A DNA stretch of 64,000 bases, taken from positions 15,438,001 to 15,502,000 of the forward strand of contig OX597842.1 in the NCBI GenBank assembly GCA_951406725.2, written 5' to 3'. Source of the DNA: Octopus vulgaris. Lineage: Eukaryota. Below the pieces are notes generated by a model. It saw only the letters and a list, made by a program, of their open reading frames with translations, made no database searches and was not told the DNA's origin. Numbering within the stretch: position 1 is the stretch's first letter; each line of letters begins with the position of its first letter. Positions 14,520-29,067 of this stretch are shown in pieces. The position numbers were made by a program, and so were the translations under genes.

Positions 14520-16740
14520 TACACATAAATTCCCCATTCTGCTGCCAGTCTGCGTAGACGCAGGCCATCAATTGTCCGAGCAAGTCCGGCATACTACGAT
14601 AAAATTCATAGGGCAGACCATCCAGCCCCGGCGACTTGTTCCTGGCGCATTCAGCTAGCACATCCCCGACCTCCGCAAATGTAATCGACCCTTCACAACA
14701 TTCCGCCTCCCGCGCCGAGTGTCGCGGCCCGCCGGCGAAAAAGTCCTTTAGGGACTCCCCACCGTCCAGCGCCCCGCTCGTCCCAAACCACCGGTCGAAA
14801 TCTCTAAAGATTTGTCCACGTCCACTGTGGAACGAGCACTTCACCCAGTCTATATCGGTCTACTAGGTTATAGCTTGCTAGTAACTTTTTTTAGACCAGA
14901 ACATCCCCTTCTATCGGTCGAGCCAACACTATCCACCCCTGCTTCGAGAATAGCGTTAACGTCTCCTACTATATCTAGAGTTTTAGACGTCACCAGAAAG
15001 CTCTCCAGGTCTCGAAATAAAACAGATTGTCTACCCTCTTTCGGAGCGTAGGCCGCTACCGACTTGAAGGACTGGTTACTTGCTTGTCACATCCAGGACG
15101 ACCAACCTAACTTCTCGTTCCAGAATATCTGTACTTACCTGTGTGTCCAAGCTTTTTCTGAACAACACCACCAGGCACCCGTCTCCCCGTCGACTAGGAG
15201 AAATAAATTTCTCATAGCCATTTAGAAGAGACGAGAACGTCTGTGGCCCGTTCTACTTCTATTCAGTCGCAACACGTTTAGCCGGTTATAGTGAACTGGA
15301 GTCGTTCAGGAATTAAGTTTGCTTCCATTTCGATCCCAGGCCACGAATATTTATACTACCTAACTTAATTTCCATGGTAAAAATAAAAAAAACCACACAT
15401 GTTAAGTATGGGGCGGGGCTGCACGAATTTTCCAGCCTCCCCTTCCTTTTCTTTCCGAGATGTAGCCGCTGGGCTAAGAACAAATCTTTTGTTGGCCATC
15501 TTTTAGTTAACATCTTGTATGTCCTACGGGTATCTCTCTTTAGATTGTTTAAATATTTCTGCTACTATCCTTGCCAACCGTATATTCGGTTGCATACCAT
15601 GTATCGGTCTGGCCTTGATTCGATTATTTTGTTTGAGGCTTGAACCAGCATCTCGAGTGTTTGGCCTTTCTAGTTTAGAGCCTCTCCCTTTTACATTTGC
15701 GGTATTGATATTTCTTCTGTGTCGTAAATTACGGCCGATGCAATGCAGGTTACGTTATAACCAGCCGGTTTTCTCCTCTATTGTTATTTTTGCAGTTGTT
15801 CTCCGGCCAAGGTAGGTCGGGAGCAACATTATCCCCTCATTCTTTAGCGTTTGAGTCGATATTTCTTCTGCTAATTCAGCGTTTTCAAATTGCGCCTCAA
15901 TAGTGGAGCTTCTTCGTCGTGGACCGACATAGGTATAGTTTTTCCCTATATAGCGGGGGGCGGGATCACTTCTCTACAACTTCGTTCGTCACTGACATTA
16001 TTCTTTTTTTCTTTTCGGTTGTATGTTTTGTATACTACCGTTCTGGCAGTAAAATCTTTCATCATGTCCTGTGGTGGCAGAAGTTTGGTTTCGTTGCTAC
16101 ATTTCTTTAAAAGGTAGCGAAACTTAAATAAATGTCCCTTAGATAGCTCCAATTCACAGAAATTGCCACCAACAGCAGCAGAAAAACTTGGCTTTTCCTT
16201 TCCTTCCTGGTTCCCTTCCATGATGTTTGCCATATGGAAATTTAATTCCGAAGGCAGATTATCCAATCCTGGTGATTTAATCCCCTCACAGCAGATCAGT
16301 ATTTTTGCCACTTCATCAGCAGAAAAACTTGGCTTTTCCTTTCCTTCCTGGTTACAAACTTGTTTACTTTCTTTCATGGCCGGGAAATCCTTCTCTCAGA
16401 ACTGAAAATCGATATTCCACAACAAATTCAATTCCATATTTACAAATGGCTCCCGAATAACAGAAAAATTCTAAGTATTATTGTCAAAATGCCAAAAATT
16501 AATTTTTTACCCTGCAATGGGTAAAAAAAACAAAAAAAGCAGTCCAACAAGTTATGCAGCAATTAATTTTCTGCCCCGTGGGGCGAAAAGTTTCATTAAA
16601 TCGACGACAACAGTTCGATTCCAAGAAGCGCACAAGCGTAACAATTTCAACATATAATCAACAACAAAAATACATTAACCAAATAAACTCACTAAGCCAG
16701 AGCAGCCGAAAGCAGAAGGACTCTAGTCTGGAGTAATTTC
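14520..16740 (-). mobile_element. Tx1/L1-like element: 5' region, ORF1 remnant, APE endonuclease start, internally deleted RT
   Basis: ORF2 starts MEIKLGSINIRGLGSKWKQ at ~15375. Later ...EVGDVLAECARNKSPGLDGLPYEFY. ORF1-like frame at 15946-16377. Confidence 0.75.
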
Positions 16741-16769
16741 TTTATTATGATAATATCTTTCACATGACG

Positions 16770-17600
16770 TTACAAATATATAGATGAGCTAAGTGAGTTT
16801 ATCATTAGAACCTGAATGAATCCCACATACAATTTAAATACAATTTTCTCATATATGCTTCGCGACATTTGTCTCTTCTCCTGCCCTGTTTTGCTCTTCA
16901 GGTGGTACCTGAAGTAGTATAGCAAGCCAGGGCCGAATATGAAGGACCCTGTCTCTATTCCTTGCATTCTTGTTTTCCATGCATACTCTTTCATTACTGC
17001 AATCGTACGCAGAAAACATGCCTCACTTTCCTTTTATAGTCCGGTTGGCGGTACAATCTTTCTCACAGACTCAGCTGATAGCTGTATTCTTCCCAGGTGC
17101 GACAACACGTGTTCTACGTAAATTATCAAGCCCAAAAGCTGCATGCATTGTACAAGAGCGTGCAGGACAGTTTCTCTGTCCTGCCTACACCTTGGGCATG
17201 CCAGTGGCACTGATATTCTTTGCCTGGACAATTTATCGCGGACAGGTAACTCATCCCTGTGACACTACCAGGCCAGGGATCTTTGGTAATTATCCAAATA
17301 CCCCGACCTGAAGGTGTTTTGAAACAGTTTGTCTAGCTGGTTCTCATCGAAACCCAGAGCCTCTTCTAGGACACCATAGCTATTATATTCTACAATCCCT
17401 TTATAAAATACAGAGGTGGTATTTCTGCTGCCGGCCTTGCCGGCCTTGCCCGCCCTGTGGATTGCCATTCAGTTGTATTCTGTCTTTTTATCTAACCGGG
17501 TGTAGATTCCTCCAAGGACGCCGGTCGTGGAAAGAATTCCCCTACAAGCGAATTCCACACCTGGCCACCATCCAGGTAGAGCCAGAGCGGCCTTAGCCTC
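16770..17600 (-). mobile_element. Tx1/L1-like ORF2 C-terminus (zf-RVT-like) of an upstream copy
   Basis: GYLDNYQRSLAW...CPRCRQDRETVLHALVQC...KEYAWKTRMQG. Confidence 0.75.
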
Positions 17601-17762
17601 AGTGTATGTCTTCATATCAATAGCCAGGGCTTTTCCATTTCCATATTTTGAAGAGGTCTTAGGCCAACAGGTTTTGGAGTCTTACGAGACGGTACAAAGC
17701 TAAACCCTTTATGAATGGGAAACCCAGGGTAATCCCATAAGCCCCGCCAATTTTTAATATAC

Positions 17763-17841
<79 letters not shown>

Positions 17842-18194
17842 TGTATATGCATGTATGCCTATTTACTGATTTTTTTTTATATCTTACTAAATCTCCTTCT
17901 CTCTTCTAAAAAAAAACTGTTCTGTAAATGATTGTCTTCCATACATTAATATTTTGAAAATAAAATTCTGTTCTTGTATATGTATATTGCGTTGAAGAAT
18001 GGATGTAAACATGATATTCTATGAACTGAGGTGCTTGTCATTTATAGCTGTTTTACTTTGTAAATTGTACGATGGCACTGTATGATTTATAACCTATACA
18101 CTAATGCAGACATGTAAAAGAAGTTATCATACACAAAAATATGTGAAACGATGTAACTGGTGAAAGAAATATATTCATCTTATCATTTCTTACT

Positions 18195-18236
<42 letters not shown>

Positions 18237-18709
18237 GTGTGTGTGTATAAATATATACATATTCCTACGCATAGACATACACACACACATATATGTAAGT
18301 GTATGTACGTATATATCCATACATATATATACGCACACACACTCAGAGTTCTTTGTGTGTGTATGTATATATGTATGAGTATTCATCTTGTATGTGTGTG
18401 CGTATACGTGTATGTATGTGTTATATGTGTGTGTGAGTGTGTTTTTTGTCATGACATCTATGTGATAGTTGTAAATGAGTTCCACTGTCATATAAGCAGG
18501 GTCTCTTATAGCCAACATTCTGCGGGAACATGTCTCGTTCTTGGCAAATGTTAGCTTCCTTAAAAAGAAGAGGAGAAGGTCGGCGATAGGGAGAGGATCC
18601 AGCTGCAGAAATTCTGCCTCAATATAATCTATCTGAGCCAAGCAAGAATGATAAAATTGATTCTGTGTGTGTACGTATATATATACATATATACATACAT
18701 ACACACATT

Positions 18710-18781
<72 letters not shown>

Positions 18782-19002
18782 AAATGTGTACACACCCATA
18801 CATATATACATGGTTGTAGTGTAAGAAGCTTTGTTCCCAGACATACACGATTCCACGTTGAATCCCTGTGCATGGAAACTGAGGCAAGAATATTCTACTC
18901 TTACCTAGGGCTAAAAAAACTTGTCAGTGGATTTGGTAATTAAAAACTGAAAGAAGCTTCATAACAGGTGTGTGCCTATGTATGTGTGTGTTAGTGAGTG
19001 TT

Positions 19003-19033
<31 letters not shown>

Positions 19034-19183
19034 AGTGGTTCAGCAAAGAGGCCGAGAGGATAAGGGATATGCTTAAAATAATAAAAATACTGGGACCGAT
19101 CCATTTGACTAAAAATTCGTGATGCACCAGCTTGGCCGTAGTCAAATACCTAAAACAATTAATATATATATGTATATATATAT

Positions 19184-19235
<52 letters not shown>

Positions 19236-20438
19236 GATATTCATTTGACTATTAAATGTATTATTATCAGTGGTGGTGGTCAGCTGGACTCTCAACACCG
19301 CTACTATCAACATGAAGGAATTAGTAGTACATGTGATTGAATCTATCCCCATTATTTTTCTGGTACCTTGATAATATTTATATTATACAGATCAATAAAA
19401 TGCTGGAGAGTGTATATAATATGTATTTATTAACTAACCTGGTTCAGCAATAGAGACACAACACCATTGCGTTGGCTGAAAGTAATAGATAAGGAAAGAA
19501 AAACATGAAAAAAAACAAACATCACACAGCTTGAGATAATAGCTATTAGGTCATTAAAGAAAACAGATGTAATTAGGTACCAATAACTTAATTAGAGCAA
19601 TTATTACGCATATACTCACACACATATATATTTATTCAATACACACTCTACACAGTAGAACAATGATATATACACACCTGAGTAAACCCAGAAATGTAAA
19701 GACAGGAAAAATACTGCTAAGAATTCTGACAGCTTATATAAACATGAAATTTAGGAAGGAAAGAAGGGCTACAGGTAATCATATGAACCCCAGTACATGA
19801 CTGGTATTGTATTTTATCAACCTTGCAAAGATGGAAGAAGTTGACATTGGCAGGATTTGAACTCAGAACGTAAAGAGTCGTAAATAAAATAACGCAATTT
19901 ATTTTCTTCAAAAGTAATAAGAAACAAGAACAGGAGAAAAGAAGGAAGACAGTTTATTAAAGGAACCCCTGGGTATTACTGGTACATATTATATTGACCC
20001 CAGAGCGATAGTAAATATTCTGGTAGGATTTGAACATGGCACATAAAAGAGACAAATGTAAATACTGTAAGGGGATGATTCTGTAGTTAGCCCAGGGTCG
20101 GAGTAAATAGAGAGTCTACAAAGGAGAGAGAGAGAAAGAGAGAGGAAGAAAGAGAGAGAGAAAAAGTAGTTCAAGATGGGATGAAAGGAAGAGGAGAGAG
20201 GATTTGAACCTGTGACGTTGAGGAAATGGAGAACGAGATGAAGTAAAGAGTCCAGTCAGGCAAGAACAATAATAATTATGGTGATGATTAATTAATAAAG
20301 TAGATTACAGTGCGAAAAAGAGAAGAAAGACAATGACCCCATGGTGGGATTATGACATGAATGACTGAATGAAAAAGAAACAAATATTATTGAAAACATA
20401 AAAGAAACAGATTTGGATATTCCAGATCCAATGGGGAC

Positions 20439-20597
20439 TTATCCCCGAACTGCCACATGCAGTGGTGTGTCTCCATCGTTGTCTACCACATTCGCATCGG
20501 TGCCATTGTGACCCAACAACATGTCGATAGTGTGAAAGTGTCCCCGCAAACAGGCCCAGTGCAGCGGTGTGCAACCATGTTTATCTCGTTGATTCAC
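20439..20597 (-). CDS. Ankyrin-repeat coding exon (host gene or pseudogene; not in the ORF track)
   Basis: Acceptor ttttctttttcag| then VNQRDKHGCTPLHWACLRGHFHTIDMLLGHNGTDANVVDNDGDTPLHVAVRG*, with two TPLH motifs 34 aa apart. It ends at cgggg|ataagt, a donor-like site with GT changed to AT. Confidence 0.85.
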   Translation of the reverse strand: MNQRDKHGCTPLHWACLRGHFHTIDMLLGHNGTDANVVDNDGDTPLHVAVRG

Positions 20598-21152
20598 CTG
20601 AAAAAGAAAAGAATAAAAACATTAAAAATGGTGTCTGAAATGGGAGTCGGGTGGTGAAGAATTAAAAGAAAAACTCACAGAAAAAGGGAAGAGAAGGAAT
20701 TAAATTATTAAACAGGTGGAATGATTAGGGTGGGGAGTAGTTAATGGAGATTTCTATTGTATATACACACACGCGTATACACACATACATATGTACATAT
20801 AAATATATTTATACACACGCACACAAACTCGCATATAGGATGAATAACTCAATAAATAAACACATAGAGCAGCAAAATGTGTGTGTGTGTGTGCATATAT
20901 ATATGTGTGTGTTCGCGTGTGTGTGTGTTCATAATTACATTTATTCTTTTATTCTTTCATTTGTTTCAGTCATGTGACTGTGGCCATGCTGGAGCACTGT
21001 CGTTAGTCGAGCAAATCGCCCCAGTAAGCCTTGTACTTATTTTATTAGTTTCTTTTGCAGAAACGCTAGTTTACGGGGACGTAAACCAACCAGCATCGGT
21101 TGTCAAGCACTGTTGGGGACAAACACCGACACACATAACACACACACACACG

Positions 21153-21196
<44 letters not shown>

Positions 21197-21199
21197 TCT

Positions 21200-21552
21200 C
21201 TCTATATATAAGGCAAGATGTGTGTGTGTGGGTGCGTATTTGTAATTTATGCACATCCACAAACTAGCACGCATGTCGCTCAAATTTTAGAAGGCCATTC
21301 GTCACCATCCTAGCTGTATTTTTGTCAAATTATTTTCCCCCGAGACACCCGCGAATAGCGGTAAATAATATTGAGCCAAAACTTGTAAATTTTTAAGATA
21401 GCGAAAGCTACCATTGTTTACAAAGTAAACATGAGCTAAGTCCCCTCCTAGCGACGGTGTAAAGAGAGGGAGGGAGAGGGAGAGAGATAGAGACAGAGAG
21501 ATTTTATAATTTCGTCTTATAATTTCGTGTGACGCCGGAATGAGCGCTCATA
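21200..21552 (+). mobile_element. Probable non-autonomous Helitron (degenerate)
   Basis: TC-start tctatatataaggcaag similar to 35509 and 37288; weak 3' hairpin remnant. Confidence 0.35.
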
Positions 21553-21895
21553 GGTGCCGCCTATGTATATGATTTATACGTGGCATCGGCAGGCCAATTC
21601 TCTCTGTCTGGGTAGGGCCGTAATACTTCTGCTGTGGAGGTTGAGTATACCTCAGTACAGCAAGTCTCCAGATATATGTGCATGCGTGTGTGTTTGTATG
21701 TGTAAGTATGTATGTTGTACTGTCATGGTATATGATGTATGTGTGTATATATGTGTGTAGTGTGAATGTATGTTTCATTAAAGGTATATGTGTGTATATT
21801 GTAGCGTGTGTGTTAGCGAGTAGACAGAGACTACCTGTCTCAAATAACCACACACTGAATAATATCTCTCCCGCAACTCCTATTCGTTGCTACAT

Positions 21896-21954
<59 letters not shown>

Positions 21955-22194
21955 AATTCTCTCTATACGTCCTCACCAACGTGGCCACCACCACAATCAG
22001 TCCACCCATTTCCATACAAACATTTTATCTTTGTAAACAAGTCTTTTTTCTATTTTTAATACGGAATACGTTCAAACCTTAATATTTAAATTCATACATA
22101 CACACACAAACAAATTCATACACTCATACATACATACACTCATAAACACATGCATACATACTTACATACATACATACATACACACATACATTAT

Positions 22195-22345
22195 GTGGAT
22201 GTGTGGTAGGAAGCTTGCTTCCCAACCCCAGGATTCCGTGTTCCATCACTGGAATCTTGGGCAAGGGAATTCTACTATAGACTCGGGCCGAAGAAATGCT
22301 TGTGAGTAGATTTGATAAACGAAATCGGAAAGAAACCCGTCGTAT
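22195..22345 (+). mobile_element. SINE family A, 5' half
   Basis: gtgtggtaggaagcttgcttcccaac...gaaagaaacccgtcg. Confidence 0.75.
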
Positions 22346-22398
22346 ACACACGCACACATATATATGAATATATATATGCATGTATATGTGTGTGTGTA

Positions 22399-22440
<42 letters not shown>

Positions 22441-22460
22441 TAGATACATACATGCATACA

Positions 22461-22513
<53 letters not shown>

Positions 22514-22613
22514 TAAATAATGAGGGAGATAAATTGAATATTAATTTAATTAATATCAATTTAAAACCAGTAGCCTAGCATATAAAAGTCTGAAAAACCA
22601 GAAAAAATCTAAT

Positions 22614-22800
22614 ACATGTGTATATTAAGGGCTAAAAACCACTATGTGGACAGACATATGCTAGAAATAGATCACCTACTTTCAAGCTACAAAGAAAGAA
22701 TGTTCTCTAGGGAACATTCTTTCTTTGTCGTTTGATCGTAGGTGATCTATTTCTAGCATATGGCGGTCCACATAGTGGTATTTAGCCCTTAATATGCACA

Positions 22801-22803
<3 letters not shown>
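22614..22803. repeat. 190-bp imperfect palindrome with no spacer
   Basis: acatgtgtatattaagggctaaa...aagaatgttct|ctag|ggaacattctt...tttagcccttaatatgcacatgt; centre at ~22708. Confidence 0.92.
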
Positions 22804-22832
<29 letters not shown>

Positions 22833-23250
22833 GTTGAAATTTATAGAAAAAACAAAAATCGGAGTCAGGTGTAGAAATAATAAGCAAGTGTATTAGTTTG
22901 ATATTCAGGAAAAATACATGTGTGTGTGTATGCGTATGTGTGTGTGTCTATGTCTCTGCGTCTGTGTTTGTTTCCTCCTAATCACCGCTTAACAACTGGT
23001 GTTGGTGTGTGTACGCCTCATAACATAGCGGTTTGGCAAATAAGACCGATAGAACACGTACCAGGTTATTCCTAAAACAAATCAGTTCTAAGGTCGATTT
23101 GTAACACTAAAACACTTCAAGGTGTTGCTCTAGCATGGCCGGACTCAAATAAGTGAAACAAGTGAACGAGTATTGTATAGACTAAGCTCATTCTGTGGAG
23201 GCACATGGCCTAGTGAATCGGAAAACTGATATTTTGAATTCTTGTGATGC

Positions 23251-23285
<35 letters not shown>

Positions 23286-23650
23286 TGTATGTATGTATGT
23301 ATGTATGTATGTATGTATGTATGTATGTATGTATGTATGTATGTATGTATGTATGTATGTATGTATGCGTGTATGTATGAATGTATGTATGTATGTATGT
23401 ATGTATGTATGTATGTATGTATGTATGTGTGTATGTATGTATATATGTTTCTTATTGTGTATGCATGTAATTATGTATATTTCTATGTATGTATGTGATT
23501 TGTATAAATGAAGAAAGTGAGAGAGGGCGGAAGAGAAGGAGAGAGATAGGAAAGAGGAAAAATTTAAAAAATAGGACATCTTGGGAGTGGTATATAAAAT
23601 ATTTATATATAGAAATAGAAATAGAAAGAAACAAATCACTGAAGAACATT

Positions 23651-23703
<53 letters not shown>

Positions 23704-24127
23704 ATATATATATATGCGTGTGTGTGTATGTGTGCGTGTGAGTGAGTCTCTATGAGTGTGTGTATATGTATATATATATATATATACATATGAGAGAGAC
23801 AGAGAGAAGGGAGAGTATGTCCTGAAATTAAGGTAACCGAAGATTTGGGCTTAAATGACAATCTATAAATGTGATGAGATATAAAAATCATACATCATTA
23901 TAAATGTTATGTGTCCCTTCTTTTTATTGCAGACTAAAGAAATAAAGATTTATTTATTAAGTAATGGCTATAGATCGAAATACAATCATAAATCACAAAA
24001 ATTAGGCGAAAGTAATGCACAGGCACACACACATACATGAATATATATTTGTAAATAAATATATTCCTTCATATATGCATACATACATTCATAGTTGGAT
24101 GCACACACATAAACACATGCACACAAA

Positions 24128-24213
<86 letters not shown>

Positions 24214-25192
24214 TGTGTGTATATGCATGTATATATATCTACATACATATATTGAGGTTATGAGAGGTAATATCAATAAGACCCAAAGGTGCCAGGTAAT
24301 AATACTCTGAATACTATGTAAATACTATAGCAGCTTACACACAAGGTACTGGAATCTTTTCGGTAAACCATTCTGCGTAAATAATGGAACTACAGATACA
24401 ATATCCCTGCATATCTCACATCTATTTTCATTCCTCCACTCCACTCTCTATTTCATGTCTTATCTAGAATAACAATTGCTTAACAATCTTCTCACACCGT
24501 CTACGGTGAAGGGATATATAAATTATCCCGGAAAGAGCTCTAAGACCTTCTCTTTTAAAATGTTCTGAAATCTTTCACAGCCTGATATTTTTATCTCATT
24601 CTGTTAATTGTTTTTTCATATCTACGCATGCTGATATATGAGACACGCTGGACTCCTCATTCACATAACCACCGAACATGTAGCTTAACTACAGTCTGTC
24701 CATAGCATTTACTAAGCATTTCCTGACACCTTTGGGATTTATTGACTCCATTACATCTCATAAACTTTATATATATAGAGAGAGAGAAAGGAGGGAGACG
24801 GGAGAGTGAGAGTGTCAGTATGAGCCAATATATTAGACAAAGTTTAATAACTTTTATCAAATAAATCAAACGATGCAGATTGGATGTTGAAATGGAATAT
24901 CCTTTTATTTCATAATCCCATCCCAGACAATTGTTTCTGAGAAAAAAAGAACCAAGATATCCATAAAGAGATTTAATGAAAAAGATTACGGAAATGTACT
25001 TGCATTCCATATGATTTGATCTGAGATCGTGTGCTGAAACGAAAACAATAGCAGCGTGGAAGGTGTTTGTAAGTCATTTAAGATAGACACAAAAGCCGTT
25101 CGATTTACTTCAACATTTAAGTTCAATTTGTCAAAATATTTTCGACGCTATAAGACCGCGACCTGCGGTCTTATAAAAAAGAAATTTTAACA

Positions 25193-25260
<68 letters not shown>

Positions 25261-25314
25261 ATTATTTAATTTATTATTTATCATTATTACACATCATTAT
25301 TATTATTATTATCA

Positions 25315-25403
<89 letters not shown>

Positions 25404-25550
25404 TTTATTTTTATATTTTTTATTATTACTTTATTATTATTATTATTATTAATGTCACTGCCTCGAATCGAAGTCGGAATGTTGGGGTTAGTAGCCCGCG
25501 CCATTAACCACTATGCCATATTCCCGTGGGCATATGGCATAGTGATTAAG

Positions 25551-25594
25551 ACACCTGATGAACGCTGGAGGGTATATAAGCTGAAAAGTTGTGT
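25551..25594 (+). ncRNA. Minimal type-I hammerhead motif, family H1 (damaged stem III)
   Basis: acac-CTGATGA-acgctggagggtatataagct-GAAA-agtt-gtgt. Confidence 0.55.
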
Positions 25595-25684
25595 TGACAA
25601 CAAACAAGATGGGGACACATATCCTTCAAATATAAATAATGTAAATAACGTACAAATTTCCGCATTTCTTAAATATAGAACTCT

Positions 25685-25874
<190 letters not shown>

Positions 25875-26803
25875 ATGCATACATTGCTGAAAGTATGGCC
25901 TTGACAATAATAATGATGATGGTGACGATGGCTGTTTACTTGCATGTAAAAATGTCAGACCTGATTTTTGTACCCCATACGACAAATATTTATAATCCTG
26001 GTCGTTTATTGATTTACAATTATAATCCGTGGGTATATCATGGGTATAGTTCAGGAAAATATAACTTCTGTAATTCATGTATATATATGTATGTATATAT
26101 ATGTGTATATATATTTATATATATTTTATATATATTTCATATATATATATATATATACATACATTCAATTCTGGGGGATGTCCATTTATTTACTGCTATT
26201 CCTTGAAGCAAGGCGAATTATTTTTTTTTATGTTCGTGGCCCTCACCCGTATTTCGTCCGTCGCCTAGAACTGAGTTCAAATTCCGACGAAGTCGACTTT
26301 GCTTTTCATCATTTCGGGATCGATTAATTAAGTACCAGTGACGCACTGGGGTCGATTAACCGACGTAATCCGTTTGTCAGTCCTTGTTTGGCCCCTCTAT
26401 GTTTATCCCATTGTGGCTAATAAAGAAACAGATATTTCGCCCGTCGATACGTTATGAGTTCAAATTCAGCCGAGGTCGACTTTGCCTTTCATCCTTTCGG
26501 GATCGATAAATTAAGTACCAGTTACGCACTCGGGTTGATGTAATCGACGTAATCCGTTTGTCTATATATATATATATATATATATATAATGTGTGTACAT
26601 ACATATTTGTCCATATATATACCTACTTATACATCTATACATACAAATGCTGACATGTAATAGTGCGCGTATGGCCTTGACAATAATAATGATGATGGTG
26701 ACGATGGCTGTTTACTTGCATGTAAAAATGTCAGACCTGATTTTTGACTAAGAGGCCTGCAGTCGTTATTGTTAAATCAAGTGTGACTCAGTTTCAACAT
26801 TCT

Positions 26804-26863
<60 letters not shown>

Positions 26864-27691
26864 CTAACACAGATAAACACGCAGGTGACTCAGACCAACA
26901 ATTAATGCTATATCGTGCCTACCCAAAGGAAGTAAGCTAGTAGAAACGTTAGTGCCCCGCGCGAAATGCTTAGCCGTATTTCGTCCGTCGCCTAGAACTG
27001 AGTTCAAATTCCGACGAAGTCGACTTTGCTTTTCATCATTTCGGGATCGATTAATTAAGTACCAGTGACGCACTGGGGTCGATTAACCGACGTAATCCGT
27101 TTGTCAGTCCTTGTTTGGCCCCTCTATGTTTATCCCATTGTGGCTAATAAAGAAACAGATATTTCGCCCGTCGATACGTTATGAGTTCAAATTCAGCCGA
27201 GGTCGACTTTGCCTTTCATCCTTTCGGGATCGATAAATTAAGTACCAGTTACGCACTCGGGTTGATGTAATCGACGTAATCCGTTTGTCTGTCCTTGTTT
27301 GTCCCCTCTATGTTTATCCCATTGTGGCTAAATTCAGCCGAGCTCGACTTTGCCTTTCATCATTTCGGGGTCGATAAATTAAGTACCATTCAAAGACTGA
27401 AGGTCGATGTATTCTACTTGTACCCCGCCCAAATTTCACGCATTGTGCCTATTGTAGAACTATATATCTTGTTCAGCCAATATCTTGTTACTAATATTCA
27501 TGGTTTTTCCAGAGAATATCCATGTCTCTGTTCGAATTCTGTCAATGCTAACATTCACTTTTAACGTTTTAGTGTCGATAAAATAAGAAGCAGGTTCATA
27601 TCGGGGTCGAAGTAATAAACTAGCAAACTCCCACAACAGTTCGGGACTTGTATCTATGGATCTTTGCTCACTTTCTCTATTTCTCATTCAC

Positions 27692-27824
<133 letters not shown>

Positions 27825-28280
27825 GTATATATATATACATATTGGATGTGTGGTAAGTACCTATCTAACTAATCACAGGGTTCCGTGTTCAGCATGGCAG
27901 CGCAGGCAAGTGTCTTCTATTGTATCCTCGGCCGAATAAAGCTTTTTGAGCGGATTTGGTAGACGGAAGCTGAAAGAAGCCGTCGTATGTTTATGTACGT
28001 ATATGTTTGTGTATCTGTGCTTGTGACCCCACCATTGCTTGACAATCGATGTTGGTGTGTTAACGTCTCTTTAATATAGCGTTCCGGCCGAAAAAACGAC
28101 ACAATAAGTAATAGGCTTATAAATAATTAGTCCTGGGGTTGATTTGTTCGACTGAAGGCGGACTCCAGCATGGCCGCATTTAAGTGACTGAAACGAATAA
28201 AAGAAAAATATACACATATAAATATATATGTGTGTGTGTGCATATGTGTGTAAAATATGTATGCATATATATATATATAC

Positions 28281-28343
<63 letters not shown>

Positions 28344-28354
28344 TATATATAAAC

Positions 28355-28386
<32 letters not shown>

Positions 28387-28895
28387 GATGTGTATATGTG
28401 TATGTATGCATGTATATATATGTGTATATATATATATGTATAAATATATATATATGTATAATTAGCTTGCAAACCAACCATATGGTTCCAGGTTCAGTCC
28501 CACTACATGGCACCTTCGACAAGTGTCTTCTGCAATAGCGTCGTTTCCGATCAAAGTCTTGTGAGTGGATTTGTTAGACGGGAACCGAAAGATATATATT
28601 TAATATCTATATCTCTCTATAGATTTAAAATTTTTATTACTTTGTCTTTATTCTTCTGTCATCTGATTTATTCTTTTATATTCCGTGAATTCTCTGTCTG
28701 GAACTTCCTGCATACACGTGGTCTCTGACGACGGAAAACCTGGGTCTGGAAACGCTGACCCATAACCTGTGTTATCCCAGAAAATGAGACATTAATTACT
28801 TGTACTTCTCCATTTTTCACTCAACTTGCTCCAATATAATATTATAAATGACCCGAGATACTCGCCCTGTTTTGGTTTTCATTTATTTTCCTTTA

Positions 28896-28926
<31 letters not shown>

Positions 28927-28971
28927 TGTATGTTTGAATGTATGTATGTATCTCTCTCTCTCTCTCTCTCT

Positions 28972-29063
<92 letters not shown>

Positions 29064-29067
29064 TATA

